Of a DNA stretch of 64,000 nt, positions 18,735 to 28,217 are shown piece by piece. The stretch's first letter is position 1. The number at the start of each line of letters is the position of its first letter. Both the position numbers and the translations under genes were made by a program. Source of the stretch: Trypanosoma brucei (Eukaryota); contig CH464491.1 in assembly GCA_000002445.1 (NCBI GenBank), positions 2,752,001-2,816,000 on the forward strand. The letters run 5' to 3'. The notes under the pieces are model-generated. The model searched no databases. It was not told the DNA's origin and worked only from the letters and a program-made list of their open reading frames with translations.

Positions 18735-21557
18735 ATGCAATATATTATTCACGACCCACACAACTGCATTGGACCTCAGTTCCATTACAAATCCATCCTA
18801 CGACGAAGGGACGGAACTATCCCCACAGACACATTGATCGCTCGAAATATAGCAGCCAATTCTGTGCCATCTGGCATCGATGGCGCCGTTAACTTAGCTC
18901 AGCACTCGCAGAGGGACGGTTTACCATTGGTGACTAATGGTCACGGCGGGCCCGCATCAAATCGCTCGGCGTCAGTGAAGGTCAAGCAAAGGGGTGAAGA
19001 GGGCTTTCACAAGGTAGAAATGACAAAAGGTAGAAAGTTTCTCACACCAAGACGTGATCCACCGCTTAGTCGCGTCCGTCATGGACTAAAACTGAGGGCG
19101 GCCAGTACGGTTTTTTCAAGCCCACTGCGCAAACTGCGAACTGCTACTGCATCTTTGAGCGAAGGAGAGTCGGGCTTCGCAACGGCTCTGGACGAATTAA
19201 CTGTAAAGCCTATTCACGTGGTCCGATTGCGGGACGTGGATGGACAAGTGCTTGACGTGCAATGTGACTCTGTCGGGGACTCGCCCATAGCGTCACTTAT
19301 ACCTGGAGGTGGCGTAAATGATGGGAGCTGTTTCACTTTACATCTTCTTTACGATGGCGCGCCACCTCTCACAAGTTCAGCTGCCACGACCCCCACAAGA
19401 CATCTAGCAGGTGCAAGTGCTGCCTTCTCCCGCTGGTATCGGTACTCCACAGCCGCAACTCTGTACCTTGCGTTGGTGGATGCGGGATTTTGTGACAGGT
19501 TCGTCCCCCTTCTGTCGGTTCAATGGATTCACTGGAAGGAGCTGCTGCAGCACCAGGTGCACCTTCGGTTGGACCTGATGTCCAATCCACCAACGCGACA
19601 CATGTGCTTTCCGTGTCTCGGAAACGGTAAGAATGAAAAGGTACCGGTCGCTGTGTCCTTACCGATGACAATGAAGGGTAAGCTGCGGCGTATCTACAAC
19701 TGCGGAGTCCCACCATCCATTTGCTCTAGCCCATTTACAGACGCTGAGGTATTCCAACTATTTTATATCCAACTTATATTCCGGGCCGCTTATGATGTTG
19801 TATTTAGCGACATGATGCTGGGCGACGATGACGACATCCTTCGGACTGATCGTATAGCTGTGCAGACGAGCGGAAGGCAACCGCTGGCGTTTGAACATCC
19901 AGTTATGGTAGACAAGTGGCTGATGTTTCCTCCAAGGTCAAAGATATTATACTTCACCTGTTTTGACCATGCCGTCATTCCCCACTTCACCTCCCCTGCT
20001 CGTTGGCGCCAAGTAAAGAAGCAGCGTTTGTTTGGTGCGTCACCGCGGCTGCAGTGTCAGGGTACCTTGGGGAAACATGTTGTGACAGAGTGGGCTATGC
20101 ATCGCAACGTCGACGATCCGAAGGATGCACTCGCTGCACTGGAGGAGCTATTTGGACTTTTTGAACCATCCTTTGGTGTTGGTCGAGCCTCTGTGTGGCA
20201 GTCTGCCATCCCCCCACGTATTTACCGTTGCAGCGTAAGTGCTTTCGAACGTCTGCGGGCAAATAATAGTGATTTGGGACCTCTCCTTGTGTGTGCATCT
20301 TGTCCCACAGAGTCGGTGTCTCCAAATAAAAGTAAACCCAGAGAGGAGAAGGAACCAGGGGCTGAGCCTCCAGGTGTGCAGGAACCAGGGGAAGAAGAGT
20401 CTGTAATACAGCGCTGGAGGCAGTACTTGAAATGCGGCGATGTGACAACATTTGAGGGCCCGGTGGACTCAATTAAAATTGTGCGCTACCTCGGGAGCGG
20501 CGGAAGCAGCCTGGTGTATGAAGGCAGGTATGGCCCAAACAGCATTCCTGTGGCAGTTAAATGCTTCATTATCCCATGTGATATGTCCCACGAAGACTAC
20601 GTTAAGGAATCACTGACGAGCGTAGCGTTTCTTCTCTTTTTCAATCAGATGGAAAAGTACGGTATTGGGAAATATATTCATATGTATGATTTTGTGATTA
20701 GCTCCGTGCCTCCCAGCAATATGTCGATAGAGGATCTCAAAACATGTACACGAGTGTCAGATCCCGCCGGTGAGTGGCCGAAACTCTGTTATCTCGCAAC
20801 CACTCTGATGGATGGCGTTATTGGTAGATTTCTCACAGAGGAGGACGACGACTTCGATCCCTGCTACGACACCCTTGTAAACTCTCCACTGTGTGACGGG
20901 GAAATCTTTCAGTTTTTGTATATGCAACTCGTGTTGCGCGCACTGTTCGACTGCACAATACTAGATTTGATGTTAAATGGACAACTTCGTGGGGATAATC
21001 TTGGCTTCGCTCACCTTCGTCGTACCGACACCGACGGAACCTTGATGCAATCGTTCAAGGGTTTGTTCGCCATTTTTCAACCGGATAACGATACGAAGCC
21101 CCAATATTTGTGTTTCCCGGCGAGCACCAACCCCGCCGCAGGCGCGAAAACTTCCTTACGTCTTATCAACTTCATCGATTTTGGACAAGGGAAGCAGCCA
21201 GATCTGCAGGAGCTAACACGACGTGGTCTCATTGGTGAAACCATTGTTGAATCGTGTATTCAAGATGATGGATTTGGCCGTTATTGGCCACTCGACCGCC
21301 TTTATTGTCAATATGTCGATACTAGCGGCAGTGTTGCTCGTCAGGCAGTTGATTGGGGAGCTCACGTAAGTGTTGGCACTCCTGAAGCCTCCGAAGCTGC
21401 AGTGAAGGCGCTGTTTGACATATTTGTTCCGGCATATGGCGTAGACGCCCCAACGGAGGAGGAGCTTGAAGGACACATCATCTTCCGCTGGACACCCGAA
21501 AATGTGGAAAAATTGCGTCGTAGCAGTAGTGAATTGGTCATTCCTCCCATTGAGTAA
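18735..21557 (+). CDS. Protein (940 aa) with internally duplicated kinase-like modules. The C-terminal module keeps a Gly-loop, a VAVK lysine and a DFG motif but has a degenerate catalytic loop, so it may be a pseudokinase.
   Basis: ATG at 18735. The Gly-loop and beta3 lysine read VRYLGSGGSSLVYEGRY...PVAVKCFI, and the DFG motif reads LINFIDFGQG. The catalytic loop is ILDLMLNGQLRGDNLGF rather than HRDLKPEN. An upstream paralogous block (FQLFYIQLIFRAAYDVVFSDMMLGDDD) echoes the downstream block (FQFLYMQLVLRALFDCTILDLMLNG), which indicates an internal duplication. Confidence 0.55.
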   Translation: MQYIIHDPHNCIGPQFHYKSILRRRDGTIPTDTLIARNIAANSVPSGIDGAVNLAQHSQRDGLPLVTNGHGGPASNRSASVKVKQRGEEGFHKVEMTKGRKFLTPRRDPPLSRVRHGLKLRAASTVFSSPLRKLRTATASLSEGESGFATALDELTVKPIHVVRLRDVDGQVLDVQCDSVGDSPIASLIPGGGVNDGSCFTLHLLYDGAPPLTSSAATTPTRHLAGASAAFSRWYRYSTAATLYLALVDAGFCDRFVPLLSVQWIHWKELLQHQVHLRLDLMSNPPTRHMCFPCLGNGKNEKVPVAVSLPMTMKGKLRRIYNCGVPPSICSSPFTDAEVFQLFYIQLIFRAAYDVVFSDMMLGDDDDILRTDRIAVQTSGRQPLAFEHPVMVDKWLMFPPRSKILYFTCFDHAVIPHFTSPARWRQVKKQRLFGASPRLQCQGTLGKHVVTEWAMHRNVDDPKDALAALEELFGLFEPSFGVGRASVWQSAIPPRIYRCSVSAFERLRANNSDLGPLLVCASCPTESVSPNKSKPREEKEPGAEPPGVQEPGEEESVIQRWRQYLKCGDVTTFEGPVDSIKIVRYLGSGGSSLVYEGRYGPNSIPVAVKCFIIPCDMSHEDYVKESLTSVAFLLFFNQMEKYGIGKYIHMYDFVISSVPPSNMSIEDLKTCTRVSDPAGEWPKLCYLATTLMDGVIGRFLTEEDDDFDPCYDTLVNSPLCDGEIFQFLYMQLVLRALFDCTILDLMLNGQLRGDNLGFAHLRRTDTDGTLMQSFKGLFAIFQPDNDTKPQYLCFPASTNPAAGAKTSLRLINFIDFGQGKQPDLQELTRRGLIGETIVESCIQDDGFGRYWPLDRLYCQYVDTSGSVARQAVDWGAHVSVGTPEASEAAVKALFDIFVPAYGVDAPTEEELEGHIIFRWTPENVEKLRRSSSELVIPPIE

Positions 21558-22811
21558 AGGTACTGCCTGCCTTTTTCTTTTTCTTTTCCCTCCCCTAGTT
21601 AAACTAAGGTATCAGTAGACGTATTGTCTTCCTCTTTATTCATCCACAGCGCATTATGCTTGGGTACATATCAGTGGTTAGTAATAACCTCAATAAGTCG
21701 GAGATGCATGATGTGGCTTGTAATTGTTTCCCAATGTGATTTTGTTGCCATTTGTACCCTGTTTCTTTTACAACTTTTTTGTTGTTTTCTCTTTCGGTGG
21801 GTAGTGTATTTTTATTTCTTTCTTCCCTCAATGTTCCTCCTTTCTGTTCCTCTCATTCATGGTTTTTAATATCCGATTGTTATCGCTTTGTTTCTCACCA
21901 TTGAAAGAGGAGGGAGGAAGAGGAAAAAAAAAAGCTGTATTATATTCTCCGTTACTGCCATTCATATTACTGATATTTTTGCCAAAACTGCATTCTCCCT
22001 GTTTTTTTTCTTATTTTCCCAACCTCATTTTTTTTCTTTTTTGTTCTTCAGTGGCTCTGTTCGTCTGTTTCTGGAGCTGTGTGTTTGTTTTGTTTTGTTT
22101 TTTGGTATTGCTGTTGTTTTAATTGTTTCGTTCCGTACAGATATGTTCTGAATTCTCAGACGTTATTTCCCCCCTCCGCCTCGCCGCTACAGTTTATGAG
22201 GGGGCGAAACGCGAATGAATTTAATAATATATAAGTAAAAAAAAAATGCAAACGAATGAGCTACACTAACCGACACTAGTTTAGTTTCGGAAAGGACCAG
22301 ATGGCATCAGTAATATTTTTGTTTTTTTTTTTTACTTTGTGTATTATACTTGATAGCACCTTTCCTCCTCTTCCCCGACGAACAAACAAACGGAAAAATC
22401 AATGACCATATAATTAGTTAGTAAATTGATTTTTAAAAAATCAATTAAAAGGGGAAAGAGATTCACCTGTACCGTGTGAATGTTTGAATATTTGCGTGGA
22501 GGAAATAAAAAAAAAGAAAAGGAACCGATGCGTTGGAACCTTTTGCTTGGAGAAACCTCCCCCTTCTCCTCTTCTATCCTTCATCATGTTAAACCGAAAG
22601 AATAAATAAGACAAATGTATGTGTTTTTTTCTTTTTAAAAAAAATGTAGAGATACGTACACTCAAGTTTACATAGCATATTATTTTACATTGATTCATGG
22701 CAAACTTATCGTTTCCTCCGATATTCTTCTTTTATTCAAAAAATAATGATATTTAAAATAGCCAGATGGAAGAAATGAAGTGGAAGTGGAGGAGGGGGAG
22801 ACTTCGTAGTG

Positions 22812-22854
<43 letters not shown>

Positions 22855-22856
22855 TT
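22812..22856. repeat. (AT)n microsatellite of about 15 units, flanked by an ATATAAAT motif, in a 1.7-kb spacer.
   Basis: gtatataaatatatatatatatatatatatatatatttatatat. Confidence 0.9.
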
Positions 22857-23278
22857 TGTTTTACAGCTATAGTGATGTCGTTGCCGCTGCAAAACTTTGT
22901 GTTTCTTTGCAGTGAAACTGCCACAGGCTTTATCTGTGATTGACTGATGTAACTTTTAGTGCTTCTCTCATATATTTGGTTAATTTATCTTTTTTTTCTT
23001 CTGTTCTTTTTTTTTTCTTTTTGGAAGGGGGTTATTCCTCTTGAATTTTGTACTTTGAGAGGAACCTGTGGAGGAAAAAGGAGGGCTCAGTAGATAACCG
23101 TTTCCTTCAACCGGACGCCGAGAAGCTGTAAAAAAGAAAAAAAAGAGAGAAGAGAGAAGGAAAAGAGGTGAAAGAGGCAGGCAGACGGACAGGAAAAGAT
23201 TATAACAAGCAAACACATATATTTGTGAACAATATATATATATATAAATATATTATTTTGTATTCCGTAGTGGCGCTC

Positions 23279-23854
23279 ATGGAGGACGAACCGACTCAAA
23301 TCCTTCTCACCAGAGAACAGTTGGAGCGAAGTGTGGAACGCCTTAGCAAACCCCATTCGCGTGAGGTGAATTTGAAACCACTCTGCAAATCCGTTCGACT
23401 CCCACAAGAGGCGAGGGAGCGCAGTATTAAACATCTTTACAATGATTCCATGGAGCACAAGGAAAGACGGCTCCGTGAGATTGAGCAAAGCCTCAATGCA
23501 GAAATAGAAAAGTACCACGCGGGGAAACCAAAGCTCGACTCGGCGGATACGGAGGGTTTAGTATCGCGTCTGTATAATGAATCCATTCAGCGAAAGAATG
23601 ATAATTTAAGACAGTTGTTTGAGCACCAGGTTTCCCTCTCACGCCCTAAAGAAAAGAAACTGAAAAAGGCAGAGCAGCAGGAGTTTGTTACACGCCTTTA
23701 CCAAGGAGGTATGGAACATAACCGAAAGAAACATATTGCATTATTTGAGGAACATGTCTTGGCGAGAGAACCAAAAATGGCGCAGCGAAGTCCGGAGGAT
23801 CTCGAGATTGCTTGTAGTAAACTAACAAGTGGCAAGAGTGTTACCGATGACTAA
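23279..23854 (+). CDS. Small charged protein (~191 aa) containing three ~42-aa internal repeats sharing the core (L/H)LY(N/Q)xS(M/I)(E/Q)(H/R)(K/N).
   Basis: The track ORF begins at 23168 inside an AT-rich microsatellite. The first ATG is at 23279 (MEDEPTQILL). The three repeats are KHLYNDSMEHKERRLREIEQ, SRLYNESIQRKNDNLRQLFEHQ and TRLYQGGMEHNRKKHIALFEEH. A polyY tract at 22985-23023 lies upstream. Confidence 0.5.
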   Translation: MEDEPTQILLTREQLERSVERLSKPHSREVNLKPLCKSVRLPQEARERSIKHLYNDSMEHKERRLREIEQSLNAEIEKYHAGKPKLDSADTEGLVSRLYNESIQRKNDNLRQLFEHQVSLSRPKEKKLKKAEQQEFVTRLYQGGMEHNRKKHIALFEEHVLAREPKMAQRSPEDLEIACSKLTSGKSVTDD

Positions 23855-24840
23855 CTCTGCTGCATGCTTGAATGGGGAAAAAAAAAATCCAACAAAAAAG
23901 AAAAGGAGGGGAAGAAAGGAAATGGAAAGATACGGTTGCTGTAGGAAGAAGTGCAAAGTGACAGCAGGCAGCAAAAAAGAAAAATAGGAGGGAAAAGTGT
24001 CAATTGAAGTATTATGTATAAACAAGGAATGAAAAGAGAAGAAGTTAGTGTCGTATACGTAACCACTCAGAAAAGGGGTTACCGCTGTTACTACGACTAA
24101 AATTAGGCTATGTTTCCGTACTTGCATGTGCGTTTTTTTTGTGTGTGTGTGAGAGCACATGATTGTATATGATTGTGTTTTTGTATTTATTTATTATCTC
24201 CTCCACCCATTATTCACCTTTTTAATAACTAACGCAGTTAGAGCCTACCACTATTTCTTTGTGGATATTTTGGTATGCCCTGCGACTACGCCATTTCACC
24301 TTTAGAATCAGTTTGCCAATGGGTTTCTTTTTTTTCCATCCTCTGACTCAACGCATACATCCGGTTTGTCACGAGCATTTGTCACCTTCGCATGACTTTA
24401 TTGTTCGAATTGCTAATCATCTAAATGAATAAGTTTGTTACTGTTGGTACTCTGTATCTTTTTTCTTCCCTCTTTTTTTTTTACTTCCTTTTGTGTTTCT
24501 TGTATTTCTACCTGAAGCATAACACTAGTTCATCCAGTGCACGAAGTTTGAAAGGTGATTAAGGATTAGTTCACTCACCGCTGTTCAGTGCGCACACGCC
24601 TGTACTTTTTCACGTGCAAATGTGATGTGAGGGAGTTGAAGAGGGGAAGAAAAAGAAATATGAGGGGACATGTTGGATTTGTGCCGGTACACACTTACGT
24701 TGGAAAGTGTCATGCGTACCGCTGTGGCTGCTCGGTGCAATACACGTTTGAATGGTAATTTTTGCCTATTTTGTTATTGCTTGCTGGTGTTATTAATAAT
24801 GCTATTTATCGAGTAAGTAAATTTTTTGCGTCATTTTTCC

Positions 24841-24905
24841 CTTTTTTCAGTATTCCATTTGCTGCACTTATCCTTCTATCTCCTTTCCTCCCCCCCCCCT
24901 CCCGA
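24841..24905 (+). promoter_or_regulatory. Long polypyrimidine/C-rich tract upstream of the 24965 CDS, with AG dinucleotides present before the ATG.
   Basis: cttttttcagtattccatttgctgcacttatccttctatctcctttcctccccccccccctcccg. Confidence 0.5.
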
Positions 24906-24964
24906 ATGTTCAAATCAACATTGTTCTGACGCAATTTCCGGAGCCACTGAAACGGAAATATTAC

Positions 24965-27661
24965 ATGAAAGTTATTACACATGAGCAAGTAGCGATGTGG
25001 CTACGTGACCATCAATGCCCCATGACTTCGTTGGAACTTTACTACGAATGGCAAGACGTGCATCATGAATTATTTCCTGCACCTCTGGTGTTTGCAGACA
25101 TGGATGGATGTGCCGCTGCGCTAACCATAAGCGCTGGTACTGTCAATATTGGCATGATGAACACACTTGTGGAGCAAAGCGTAGTGAATATGCTGCTGCT
25201 CTATAAGAGGCGGTGCGGAGCCGCTGCCGTCGCAGAGGCTGTCAAAAAAGTGATGCTGCAGTCGGAAGTGCCTGACGTCTCCGCTGAGTCGAACGTTACA
25301 AGTGGGGGTGGATCCGCAACTTCGAATACACGAGTGGTGGAGGTTGAAGATCATGGGGAAGCGCAATTGAGCCGCGTGGCGAAAGCTGAGGAAGAACTTT
25401 CAACGGTAACCTCGGTTCTTTCTGAACAACTGCCAACGCTTGTTCATGCGGTAGATCCTCTACAGAAAGATTGTCTCATTCCACTAATCAGCCTTTCTGC
25501 TACAATTAGCAGCAAGAAGAATGATCGAGTGGCGGCGCGTCTTCTTCTTCTTTCGTTGTACCTTCGCCCCAACGCCGAACACCGATCAGTAGTGGCAGGG
25601 GCTTGGGTCAGAACGCTTCAACATACACCGCGTACAGTTATGCGCCACGAAGTAATACCTGAACTCTACAATTTGGCAAACGCAAGGGCCGCAGAGCGAA
25701 GGATTTTGGCGCTAACGTGTCTCGAGTCTTTAGTCCAACTCATGGGGGAGCAAGAGGAAGATATAGTTTTTCGGCAGGCAATCTGTGAGGGCTTACTACT
25801 ACCTCTTAGTGAAGACGAGTCAAAAACTGTGCGTTACCACGTAGTGCGGTGCCTGACAGCGCTTTGGCCAACGTGCCCAAGCATAGACTTGGTTGGTGGT
25901 GTACAGTGCAATGATGAAGTGACAGAATGTCACTCCAGGTTTCTGGAGCTTCACGCGCGTTTGATGCTACACGACACCAGCGCTACCGTCAGGCGTCGAG
26001 CACTCAGAAGTATGCGTGAAAGCATCATTCCTAACCTTAAGCCACGTGTTATGTTACTCACGCATTTTATTCCGTTATTTCTGTCCCTTGTCAACAGGGA
26101 GGTGCTTGCTAGGACAAACCACGGGAAGCCCATGCCCTCCGGCTCTCACGCTACGGATATTGTAACCTCACATACCACCGCGAATGTGCTCGATGCTACG
26201 GACGAAAGTGCTGACCGAACCATCACATTACTTGCAACTCTCATTGGTGATGCGCTCACCCATTCACGAGAAGACGTTGAGGAAAGGGATGTACCGTGCG
26301 CGCGGAGTGCTTTTGCTGAAAGAAGTGGGGGTGTCCCCGGAAAGCCGGTTGTTTCCGCCGCGGTGATCAATGCTTATTTGGATGTGGTACTACCCACAAC
26401 GCGTTCGCTTCTTTTAGACCTCCACGAACACGAGACGTTGTATTCATGTGCCTGTGCCTTGGCTTCGTCGCTTGCCAGGATGGTTTCCTCTTTTAGTACA
26501 ACCGATTGGAAACGTGCGCGTGAGATGCTTCTGCTCATCATAGCGGGACGGGACGGCAGTGATGCTACCGGATGGGAGGATGCCGCCGGTGCAGGGGCAG
26601 GCAACTCAACAGTAAGCAGAGAGACCCATAAGCGATGCCTGTGTTTTTTTATAACGTTTTTAACTTGTGTGGCGGGTTTGCAAGACAAGGATGCAGGTGC
26701 TAACTCCGCTGATGTGCGAGACATCGTGAACGACGCTACCGCGCTGATGCGCGATACCATAGTTACAGGGAAAACGGAGGAGGAAGAAGAGAGGAAAAGA
26801 GTGGTGTTTCATGCTGATGCCAGGAACCGACATGATGTGTGTGGCTTTGCCTTCACATACCTCATGGCGTGCACAGATGAACCGGGTAAAACAACTGGGG
26901 CTTCGGCTGTTCTCTCCGCGTTAAACTCCCTCGCACAATCACCCGATGTTCCGGAACGCGTACTTGCACTTGCGTTGGTGGAACGTGTCAGCGCCTTAAT
27001 GGAAGACGACGGGGCACAAATGAAATACTTGTGGCCAGCGGTGCATCCCCTGATGTACGACAAGGTATTTGAAGTGACTGAGGCGGCAGTAAAGACAGCC
27101 GTCTCGATGGTGGCATTCATAACCAAACCAGAAGATCAGGAGGAGGTGCTTCAGAAGGTGTTGGACACCGTGAAAGCCGAAGGATACCTCTCGCGTCTCA
27201 GCGTTGTGTTTCTACTACACTGGTGCTCGCTCATGCGAATAATAGCTGCCGAACCGCGTGAGCAAATTCTGTACAATTACTTGGCAACGGTAGCTCAACA
27301 GTTGGCCAAAACACTGAGCCCTACTGCTGTCGTGCCCGCGGAACGATCGGGCGTGACGGGTCGATGTACAGTGGTTAGCGTCGCGGGATCTATGGAGATA
27401 CAAGAGGTTTTGCAAGCTGTGCTCACTGTCCTTGCTGCGATCCCCCATTGTGCTGTAGTAACACCCCAATTGGTAAGGTCATATCTTATTCCGAGTATCA
27501 GACTTTTGTTGGCGGTACCGTCACTTTCAGAATCTTGTCGAGTCCAGTTGAACAACATCACAAAAGAGTACGAGGCATTGCTCTTGTCAAGTGGAAAGAA
27601 GCTTCACAGTGAAGGAGGATTCTTTGAACGAATACGCAACGAAATAAAGAGGCGCTTTTAG
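24965..27661 (+). CDS. Hypothetical helical-repeat (HEAT/ARM-like) protein, 898 aa.
   Basis: ATG at 24965, immediately downstream of a 65-nt polypyrimidine/C-rich tract at 24841-24905. This is a 2.7-kb uninterrupted ORF. The Leu/Ala-rich periodic helical composition is the basis for the HEAT/ARM suggestion. I saw no catalytic motifs. Confidence 0.65.
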   Translation: MKVITHEQVAMWLRDHQCPMTSLELYYEWQDVHHELFPAPLVFADMDGCAAALTISAGTVNIGMMNTLVEQSVVNMLLLYKRRCGAAAVAEAVKKVMLQSEVPDVSAESNVTSGGGSATSNTRVVEVEDHGEAQLSRVAKAEEELSTVTSVLSEQLPTLVHAVDPLQKDCLIPLISLSATISSKKNDRVAARLLLLSLYLRPNAEHRSVVAGAWVRTLQHTPRTVMRHEVIPELYNLANARAAERRILALTCLESLVQLMGEQEEDIVFRQAICEGLLLPLSEDESKTVRYHVVRCLTALWPTCPSIDLVGGVQCNDEVTECHSRFLELHARLMLHDTSATVRRRALRSMRESIIPNLKPRVMLLTHFIPLFLSLVNREVLARTNHGKPMPSGSHATDIVTSHTTANVLDATDESADRTITLLATLIGDALTHSREDVEERDVPCARSAFAERSGGVPGKPVVSAAVINAYLDVVLPTTRSLLLDLHEHETLYSCACALASSLARMVSSFSTTDWKRAREMLLLIIAGRDGSDATGWEDAAGAGAGNSTVSRETHKRCLCFFITFLTCVAGLQDKDAGANSADVRDIVNDATALMRDTIVTGKTEEEEERKRVVFHADARNRHDVCGFAFTYLMACTDEPGKTTGASAVLSALNSLAQSPDVPERVLALALVERVSALMEDDGAQMKYLWPAVHPLMYDKVFEVTEAAVKTAVSMVAFITKPEDQEEVLQKVLDTVKAEGYLSRLSVVFLLHWCSLMRIIAAEPREQILYNYLATVAQQLAKTLSPTAVVPAERSGVTGRCTVVSVAGSMEIQEVLQAVLTVLAAIPHCAVVTPQLVRSYLIPSIRLLLAVPSLSESCRVQLNNITKEYEALLLSSGKKLHSEGGFFERIRNEIKRRF

Positions 27662-28043
27662 TAGGTGTCTCTGTGTATTTCCTTCAATGCAGTAGGTAGG
27701 GACGCTATGAAGCAGCCGTGTCAGTTATTCCACGCGGTGTTTAGGCGTGCTACGTGTGTCAATGCGGGATTTTTAAAATTCTCCTCTCACGCCTTCCGTT
27801 ACTTCAGTGCCTCTACGTTAACACTGATGTTACATATTGGTTTACCATAATACCATTATGTCTTTCGTTACCGGATTTGTCTCGCAACAGGTTTCCCTTC
27901 TTTACAGTACGATATATCTGTGATCCTTTGTTTTGCTGCCGTTTTGGCTGTTTTTTTTTTTTTAATTCAAACGTTTAACATCCGATAATCAGTCGTCTAC
28001 GTGATTACGGTGCCAGCGATTGCTTAACTGGCGTATGGTCGTT

Positions 28044-28102
28044 GCATTTCCTCTTCTATTTCCTTCCCTTCTGTTTCTGTTTCCTTTTTTTTTACCTTTT
28101 AC
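28044..28102 (+). promoter_or_regulatory. Polypyrimidine tract upstream of the AP-endonuclease gene.
   Basis: gcatttcctcttctatttccttcccttctgtttctgtttcctttttttttaccttttac. The sequence acaacag follows. Confidence 0.5.
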
Positions 28103-28217
28103 AACAGAAGCATAAGCAGTTGGAGCCTCGGACGAAACAACTTTCGTAAACACGGGCACAGACTCGCAAATAGGGTCTACTGGGGTCAGCATTACTTTTA
28201 ATTGTTTATTATTATTT

